Positions 25,708-32,000 of a stretch of DNA of 32,000 nucleotides are shown one piece after another. Origin of the DNA: Thermoproteota archaeon. Lineage in GTDB: Archaea; Asgardarchaeota; Njordarchaeia; Njordarchaeales; Panguiarchaeaceae. The position numbers and the translations under genes were made by a program. Below the pieces are notes generated by a model. It worked only from the letters and a program-made list of their open reading frames with translations. It had not been told where the DNA came from and made no database searches. Location: contig JANJXX010000001.1 of the NCBI GenBank assembly GCA_024720975.1, positions 314,811 through 346,810 of the forward strand. The letters are read 5' to 3'. The number at the start of each line of letters is the position of its first letter. The stretch's first letter is position 1.

Positions 25708-27840
25708 TCACTTCTGTCTCCGATTTTTCTTAGCGCAGTCTTGAGGTAGTCTCGGCTCAATAATCCCGGCTAGAACTCTTTTCAAATCATTACTCGCTCC
25801 TCTTAGTCTTAAGAAGAGCCCTAAGAATTCTTTTCGTGCTTTCTCAATGGCATCTAAATAATCAATTTCTCCGTTCATAATTTGTCTAAGAAGACTAAGC
25901 ACATAAGCACAGAAATATGGCTGCAAGAATTCAGGCCAAATTTTTTCGAGAAGCTCAGCGATCCTATAACCAAGCTCCGTTACAATTAGTGTTCTACCTC
26001 TCCGAATCACATAACCCCTAGCTACGAGTTTTTGAATATGCTCTGGCCTCGTAGCTTTCGTTCCCAGTCCTAGTTTTTCCATTAATTTAAGCAATTCAGC
26101 CTCTGATAGTCTCTTTGGAGGCTTTGTTGATTTCTGCTCCAAATTAACTCTACTAACTCTCAGAACTTCGCCTTTATTTATATCCGGGAAAGCCTGCCTA
26201 GGCTTATTAAACGCGTAAATCCGCCAGAAGCCTTCGTTCAGGATATAAACACCTGTTATATAGAACACCTCACCGCCTATACTAATTGCGACCTTTCTAT
26301 ATTCCAGCTCTGCTGCGTTCATAAAGAGGGCTAGATACCTCCTAACAATAAGCTCATAAACTTGTATATGCTTTTGAGATAACTTCATGTGAGGCGCTGG
26401 GACATCAATAGGTGTTATAGGTAAATGATCACCGATAAGCTTGCGCCCATTTCTCTTGAGTTCAGCACCCTGAGATAAAATCCACCTAACTACCGGTTCG
26501 AACTTAGAATAGCGTGCAAGCACGCTTAAATTCTCCGCATGATTATAGTTAGGTGGATACTTATCTGTATCTGTTCTAGGATATGTTATTAGTCCATCTA
26601 AGTATAAATCCTCGAGAACTTTCATCGCCTTATCGGATGGTAGACCCAAAATTCTATTTAACATCACCAGTGCCTTATTCGTGTCTAATGGTGGCGGGGG
26701 TGTTATTCTCCTAGTTTGGCTCTCAATATTTATGACCTCAGCTTTTTCCGCCCTTTTGATTCTTTCGTAGACATCTAGAGCTTTAGTTTTGTCGTAAAAT
26801 GGCGAGTCCTTATGGCGTGCTAGAAGTTTCTGTTCACCTTTTACGAGGTTAGCATTAATTGACCAATAGGGCTTTGGCTTGAAGTTTTTGATATAGCGCT
26901 CCCTTAAATACAGGAGATACAACGTTGGACTTTGGACCCTTCCCAGCGATAGTATGCTATTTCTGAGGAGCGCGGATGCAGGACCTTTAACGCCGCGTCC
27001 CAATAGTGTCAATTCACGTGTTGATGAAAATCCTGCGAAGCCATCGATTATCTTTCTGGCTTCTGGTGCGAGTGCCCAAGTGATAATCGGTTTCGTTGGA
27101 TTGTTGAAAGATTTTATGAGCTCATCTGAATGCGTTGATATGAACCACATTCTATACACTGGCATTTTTTTAACTTTGTTTATCACTTCAGCAGCTTCAA
27201 ATCCAATATTTTCACCCTCTTCGTCGGCATCTGTAGCTATTATAAGGACGTCATGCTTAGAGGCATATGCCCTTAGCAAATGCACTAGTTTTGGGTATCG
27301 GGGCTTCAGAATTAATGCATTTGGATCCTTTATTATTTTTATCGGGTCTACTGAACTCCAAGACCTATATTCGTCTTTTGTATCATACTCGAGAATATGA
27401 CCCTTAAGAGGGACTACGGTCACAAAATGCGATTTATATTGCAAGGAGAATATGGGCACTCCATACTTGCGAAAGACCCTGAACTTACCATTTGCTAATG
27501 CCTTTGAAAGTGCCTGAGCAACCTTTGGTTTTTCAGTGATAACGAGAATTTTTGTACCCGGCTTAAGTATCTTTTCCAATGAGTATCTCTGCATGCCCGG
27601 CGATTTTATCTCCGGCAGATTGATATTATCGAGGAAAATTTTAACTGCATCCATAAGGTCCAGTGTCTCTAGTTGCTTTGCCTCTATTCTATACGGATCT
27701 CCAAACGCAGGCACATACACTTGACTGACACTATCCTTGTTATTCAATCCAGCTTCTGATTGAGAATTAGAGCTAACTTGAAGGCGGAGTTTGGATTCAC
27801 TTGGACTTTCTACTTCCTCTTTCTTTGTAGTAGGCATCAT
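25708..27840 (-). CDS. topA: DNA topoisomerase type IA with N-terminal extension
   Basis: TOPRIM ILVITEKPKVAQALSKAL ... IIATDADEEGENIGFEA, SLGRVQSPTL, active-site region DGLITYPRTDTDKYP, GLGTKATRPEHIQKL. Confidence 0.94.
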   Translation of the reverse strand: MMPTTKKEEVESPSESKLRLQVSSNSQSEAGLNNKDSVSQVYVPAFGDPYRIEAKQLETLDLMDAVKIFLDNINLPEIKSPGMQRYSLEKILKPGTKILVITEKPKVAQALSKALANGKFRVFRKYGVPIFSLQYKSHFVTVVPLKGHILEYDTKDEYRSWSSVDPIKIIKDPNALILKPRYPKLVHLLRAYASKHDVLIIATDADEEGENIGFEAAEVINKVKKMPVYRMWFISTHSDELIKSFNNPTKPIITWALAPEARKIIDGFAGFSSTRELTLLGRGVKGPASALLRNSILSLGRVQSPTLYLLYLRERYIKNFKPKPYWSINANLVKGEQKLLARHKDSPFYDKTKALDVYERIKRAEKAEVINIESQTRRITPPPPLDTNKALVMLNRILGLPSDKAMKVLEDLYLDGLITYPRTDTDKYPPNYNHAENLSVLARYSKFEPVVRWILSQGAELKRNGRKLIGDHLPITPIDVPAPHMKLSQKHIQVYELIVRRYLALFMNAAELEYRKVAISIGGEVFYITGVYILNEGFWRIYAFNKPRQAFPDINKGEVLRVSRVNLEQKSTKPPKRLSEAELLKLMEKLGLGTKATRPEHIQKLVARGYVIRRGRTLIVTELGYRIAELLEKIWPEFLQPYFCAYVLSLLRQIMNGEIDYLDAIEKARKEFLGLFLRLRGASNDLKRVLAGIIEPRLPQDCAKKNRRQK

Positions 27841-27931
27841 ACAACAGCTTCAAAAGCTTACCTGTTCCTCAATTTTTCCCAATAATTATGTGATTAATTA
27901 AAGAGAGCGTAGATAGCATGGGGGAAACCAT

Positions 27932-29029
27932 TTGATTAAAGCTGACTTGGCTTTAATTTTTCCACCAAAGGAAAATTTTTGGCCTCTTGATAGTTATAAT
28001 ATAAGTCTCATGCCATTCATTGGCAAGCCACTATTCATGAGAATCGCAGAACATGTTCTTAACTTCGTGCAGATACAAAAGCTCTTTCTTTTACACTACG
28101 GAGACTTAAATAAAAAAGCTTTGAATGGTATCAACTTCTGCAAGGATTTGGAAATTTTACAATTAGGACTTGATACGAAGGCTACAGACCTTCTGGAATA
28201 TCTGAAAAGTCTTGTTGCTGAGAGATTGCTCCTCGCATTCCTTGCATGCGATCTAGGAATACTCACATTCCATGACTTCGATGAGTTGCTTCATGAAAGC
28301 TCAATTTATGTAGAAGAGGACACCGAAAAGATTTTGAACGCAAGAGCAGCGATAAGAGAAAATTCTAGGGTCAGCCCAAATATTGTATATGTTAATGCAT
28401 CAAAGGAACGCGTTATTCTGTATCCCTGGGATTTTTTGCCGATAGTGCAATATGTATTAGACTCGCAGGTAACTGAACGATACATAAGCCCAGAAGCGAA
28501 AATCAGTGAGAGTGTTAACATTGTAGGCCCCTGTCACATAGACAGCGAAGCACAAATTCTCGAGGGAGCTGTTATAAAGGGTCCATGCTATATTGGCCGA
28601 GGAGTGCTTGTCGGTAATTACGCGCTGGTGAGAAATAGCATAATTGAGGCTAACTCCATAATCGGAGCATACATGGAGGTGGCACGTTCTTGGCTTGGAA
28701 TGTTCTCAGAAACGCACTCAGGATACATTGGTGATAGCATATTCTCCGAGCGCGTTCATGTGGGAGCTGGATTCATAACAGCAAATGTTCGTTTAGATCG
28801 CCAAGAAATTAGAGTGAAATTAGGTACGAGAAGACTGAATACAGGATTGAAAAAATTTGGAACGATCATTGGATGCAGCACAGAGATAGGCATACATTCA
28901 GGCACAATGCCAGGCGTACTCATAGGTAAGAATGTTAGGATAGGTCCGGGAACATTAATATTTGATAACGTACCAGACGGAGCCGTTGTTTATACCACAC
29001 AGCAAATAAGGACTTTAAAGAATGACTAG
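27932..29029 (+). CDS. Sugar nucleotidyltransferase-like protein with C-terminal left-handed beta-helix (GlmU-like architecture)
   Basis: Hexapeptide-type repeats from ISPEAKISESVNIVGPCHIDSEAQILEGAVIKGPCYIGRG to IGIHSGTMPGVLIGKNVRIGPGTLI. The N-terminal domain is NTP-transferase-like but lacks GxGTR. Confidence 0.75.
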   Translation: MIKADLALIFPPKENFWPLDSYNISLMPFIGKPLFMRIAEHVLNFVQIQKLFLLHYGDLNKKALNGINFCKDLEILQLGLDTKATDLLEYLKSLVAERLLLAFLACDLGILTFHDFDELLHESSIYVEEDTEKILNARAAIRENSRVSPNIVYVNASKERVILYPWDFLPIVQYVLDSQVTERYISPEAKISESVNIVGPCHIDSEAQILEGAVIKGPCYIGRGVLVGNYALVRNSIIEANSIIGAYMEVARSWLGMFSETHSGYIGDSIFSERVHVGAGFITANVRLDRQEIRVKLGTRRLNTGLKKFGTIIGCSTEIGIHSGTMPGVLIGKNVRIGPGTLIFDNVPDGAVVYTTQQIRTLKND

Positions 29030-29242
29030 AAATCCAATTGCTCATCTACTCACCGTGTGCACTTGGGATTACTAGACATATGTTCGCTCTGATTCCATTG
29101 AAACAATCATTATTCACTACGGAGCTAGACCATCGAGATAATACTTATAAAAAGCTAGAATAACACGCGAGTATAACGTATTTATTAAAAATTACCTGGG
29201 TTTTACTTTTATATTACGAAAGACAAAGATTGGTGCCTTCGA

Positions 29243-29452
29243 ATGAAAGTAATCAGTATTAGATTGCCCGACTGGATGCTGGAGCTGATAGATCAGCTCT
29301 GTATGAAAGGAGTTTTTATTTCTAGATCGGAATTCATAAGATATGCCATTCGTTCTGCACTTAAGAAGTATGAAAAAGAGCTCCAAGGTGTTCAGCAATC
29401 TGCAGAAGCGCGACTTAAAAGAATTGAATGGAAAATCGAGGAGGAGATCTAA
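29243..29452 (+). CDS. Ribbon-helix-helix (CopG/NikR-N-like) transcriptional regulator
   Basis: KVISIRLPDWMLELIDQLCMKGVFISRSEFIRYAIRSALKKYE. Confidence 0.88.
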   Translation: MKVISIRLPDWMLELIDQLCMKGVFISRSEFIRYAIRSALKKYEKELQGVQQSAEARLKRIEWKIEEEI

Positions 29453-29474
29453 CTCTTTGCATTTTCCCTATTTT

Positions 29475-30209
29475 TTAGACTACAATCATTGAAGCATATT
29501 TTACTACGTGCTCTATATTGCCCCTAAGGAAAGCTAAAATTACGTTCTTAGCTATTTCTGGATTGTTGGCATTGAATACTAATACACTAAGTTTGGAGCG
29601 TTTTATCAATTTTAGCGACTGTATGTCAAATAGCGTATACGTACCAGCAAACTCACTACCCCTGAGAAAAGCATTGATTAATTCATCAACCATTATTAGA
29701 TCGAATTTTTTTGCATCGGAATATATTTTTGGGTCCTTATCGAAAATTCCATTAACATCTGTACCTATTGCTAACACTCTTGCCCCCGATAGTTCAGCCA
29801 CTTCTGCGGCCACTCCTACTGTTGACTGTCCCGGAATAAACCCACCTACGAAAATAACATCATAATCGTCTTTAATTTCGTAAACCTCAATTGGAGATTT
29901 CGGTATTGATCCATATATCCTAATCTGCGTGTTGCTTACTCGATGCTTCAAAGCTGCGAGCAGAAGATAGGCATTAAGACGGGATACTTGGATTCCCAAT
30001 TCATCGCACTCATATTCGTTTAAATGTAAATTTCGTCCCCACGATATGTACTTTCGGGCGGGTCTTCCACCACCAACTACTACTATAATCTTTGCATGCT
30101 GAGTTAAATCAACGAGTACGCTTAGCCATTTGCTAACTATGTCTGAATTTAACTCTCCACCGGGTTCAAAGAGAACGGAACCACCAAGTTTCAACACGAT
30201 TGTCTCCAT
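29475..30209 (-). CDS. pyrH: Uridylate kinase (archaeal UMP kinase, amino-acid kinase fold)
   Basis: ETIVLKLGGSVL, IIVVVGGGRPARKYI, VFVGGFIPGQSTVGVAAEVAELSGARVLAIGTDVNGIFDKDPK. Confidence 0.9.
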   Translation of the reverse strand: METIVLKLGGSVLFEPGGELNSDIVSKWLSVLVDLTQHAKIIVVVGGGRPARKYISWGRNLHLNEYECDELGIQVSRLNAYLLLAALKHRVSNTQIRIYGSIPKSPIEVYEIKDDYDVIFVGGFIPGQSTVGVAAEVAELSGARVLAIGTDVNGIFDKDPKIYSDAKKFDLIMVDELINAFLRGSEFAGTYTLFDIQSLKLIKRSKLSVLVFNANNPEIAKNVILAFLRGNIEHVVKYASMIVV

Positions 30210-30467
30210 AACGCATCTCCAAGTATGCTAGTAGTTCAAATAAATATCTAATGTCAGATTACTGCACTCTAGCATGCGTAGAATAATCAGCAATATTAAG
30301 GAATTTCAACGCCGAGAAATTTATATCGAAATAAGAGGAAGACTAAAATATGAATAATCGATGAGCTTTCGAAGGTTAGTCTATTTTGCATTGTAAATGT
30401 AACAAAAACTTAGTTAAGGCTGTTTTTGTTTGCTTACTTGATAAAAGCGGCAATAAGGGTGTCTGAT

Positions 30468-32000
30468 GTGACAACCAAGTATTCGATGAACCTAAAGGCT
30501 AAGAGATGGGACATTAAGAAAGAAATTGAATTAATAAAGCTATGGAACGAGAAGAATATATATAGATTCAACGTAGACTCAACAAAACCAATTTTCTCTA
30601 TAGATACACCCCCACCATACGCTTCCGGACGTCCACATATAGGCTTTGCTTGGCATTATTCTGCGATAGATTCAATTGCAAGATACATGCGCATGAAAGG
30701 ATACGAAGTTTTGTTTCCAATGGGTATTGACCGAAACGGCTTACCGATCGAAGTGCAAGTGGAAAAGAAGTACAATATACACATGTATGAATACCCCAGA
30801 GAGAAGTTTATTGAATTATGCAGGAATTTACTGGATGAATACGAGAAGGAGCTCCTAGACCTGTGCACCAGGCTAGGATTCTCTAACAACTCATTGAAAC
30901 CCGATGAGGTATATAGAACTGACTCTCCCGAATATAGGGCTTTGACCCAAGCGACCTTTATAGAGGCCTTCAAAAAAGGACTCATCTACGAAGACTACCG
31001 TCCAAATAACTACTGCCCGCGATGCAGAACAACAATAGCTGATGCAGAAGTAGAATACATAGAGGAGATCACAGACCTTGTCTATATACGCTTTCCATTA
31101 GTTAACGGCGGAGTCATAACAGTCGCTACTACGAGGCCTGAAATGCTGGCTGCATGTCAAGCTATCCTTGTGCATCCAGACGATGCTAGATACAGAAACC
31201 TGCAAAACAATGAGGCTATTGTTCCGATGTATGAAAGAAGAGTAAAAATACTACCACACCGCGAAGTTAATGTAAATTTCGGAACTGGCGCTATGATGCT
31301 TTGTAGTTATGGGGACGAAACTGATGTTAGATTATTCCGCGAACTTCAATTGACTCCTATAATTATAATAAGCGAAAACGGGGTCATGACGGAAGCGGCA
31401 GGAAAATATGCAGGACTACATGTTAAGGATGCTAGAAGTAAAATAGTCGAAGATTTGACGAAAGCGGGTTATATAGAAAGAATAGAGAAAATCAAGCACG
31501 AAATTCCAGTATGTTGGCGTTGTAAAACTCCGATAGAATTCATACCGATGAAAGAGTTTTATCTAAAGCAAGTCGAATTCCTAGATTCACTAAGAGAAAT
31601 CATTGACCAAATAACCTTTTATCCTAAGGAGAGTAAACAATTGTTGTTAAATTGGATAAATTCCGTTAAGAGCGACTGGCCTATATCTAGACGCCGCTAC
31701 TATGGTACCGAGATCCCAATTTGGTACTGCGAAAATGGACATATTGTTTTACCAGAACCCGGCAGGTATTATCGGCCATGGGCTGAAGCTCCACCTTTTA
31801 ATGAGTGTCCATACTGCAAATCTAAAAAGTTTATTCCAGAGACGCGAACGTTTGATACATGGATGGATTCAAGTATTTCAGCCCTGTACATTAGTGGGTA
31901 TAAGAGAGACGAAAAACTGTTTTCAAAAGCTTTTATAGTTGATTTGCGACCCCAGGGAAAAGAAATCGTTCGAACTTGGCTATTCTATACAATACTTCGA
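30468..32000 (+). CDS. valS: Valyl-tRNA synthetase, archaeal type, truncated by the window edge
   Basis: Frame from GTG at 30468 (or ATG 30486): SIDTPPPYASGRPHIGFAWHYSAIDSIARY, GIDRNGLPIEVQVEKKY, NNYCPRCRTTIADAEVEY, SDWPISRRRYYGTEIPIWYC, FDTWMDSSISALY. Not in the ORF track because it is open-ended. Confidence 0.92.
   Translation, partial: MTTKYSMNLKAKRWDIKKEIELIKLWNEKNIYRFNVDSTKPIFSIDTPPPYASGRPHIGFAWHYSAIDSIARYMRMKGYEVLFPMGIDRNGLPIEVQVEKKYNIHMYEYPREKFIELCRNLLDEYEKELLDLCTRLGFSNNSLKPDEVYRTDSPEYRALTQATFIEAFKKGLIYEDYRPNNYCPRCRTTIADAEVEYIEEITDLVYIRFPLVNGGVITVATTRPEMLAACQAILVHPDDARYRNLQNNEAIVPMYERRVKILPHREVNVNFGTGAMMLCSYGDETDVRLFRELQLTPIIIISENGVMTEAAGKYAGLHVKDARSKIVEDLTKAGYIERIEKIKHEIPVCWRCKTPIEFIPMKEFYLKQVEFLDSLREIIDQITFYPKESKQLLLNWINSVKSDWPISRRRYYGTEIPIWYCENGHIVLPEPGRYYRPWAEAPPFNECPYCKSKKFIPETRTFDTWMDSSISALYISGYKRDEKLFSKAFIVDLRPQGKEIVRTWLFYTILR

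Noticed and set aside
29518-29865. Plus-strand 115-aa ORF opposite pyrH
   Set aside because: Antisense to a clear amino-acid-kinase family gene.
30555-30620. HIGF instead of the HIGH motif in valyl-tRNA synthetase, considered as a possible inactive paralogue
   Set aside because: Archaeal ValS of this class often has a modified HIGH region (e.g. WHIGA...HYS), and the rest of the protein including the zinc-binding and DTWMDSS motifs is intact; probably normal.
1-32000. CRISPR arrays, transposons, phage or plasmid genes, toxin-antitoxin pairs, restriction-modification
   Set aside because: No regularly spaced repeats or diagnostic mobile or defence proteins seen on reading. The lone RHH gene at 29243 has no toxin-like neighbour.

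Overview
This 32 kb window is an archaeal chromosomal segment, probably from the TACK / Thaumarchaeota-Aigarchaeota-Korarchaeota side (my inference). It is dominated by core genes: pyruvate:ferredoxin oxidoreductase subunits, rpiA, an RNase P subunit, the archaeal FBP aldolase/phosphatase, radA, uL14, an unsplit rpoA, an eS17-like protein, a MoxR ATPase, truD, pth2, a GINS-like protein, thpR, eS27, a type IA topoisomerase, pyrH and valS. Three adjacent tRNA genes (Met-CAT, Tyr-GTA, Trp-CCA) each contain an anticodon-loop intron. I see no CRISPR array, transposase, prophage or obvious defence island, and no clear multi-gene novel system. The items most worth a second look are: (i) the single-chain RpoA, whose trigger-loop region looks two residues shorter than the Rpb1/archaeal consensus; (ii) the intron-bearing tRNA trio, including a tRNA-Met whose intron shows no canonical BHB that I can find; (iii) a conserved-looking protein with a degenerate zincin motif (HALAHH); (iv) a MoxR ATPase near two convergent membrane-anchored ectodomain proteins; (v) a sugar-nucleotidyltransferase/left-handed-beta-helix protein lacking the catalytic signature; (vi) an rpiA whose conserved N-terminus extends upstream of any ATG/GTG/TTG; (vii) alternative hairpins in the leader of the FBP aldolase/phosphatase gene. 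All family assignments come from reading motifs by eye; no database search was run.
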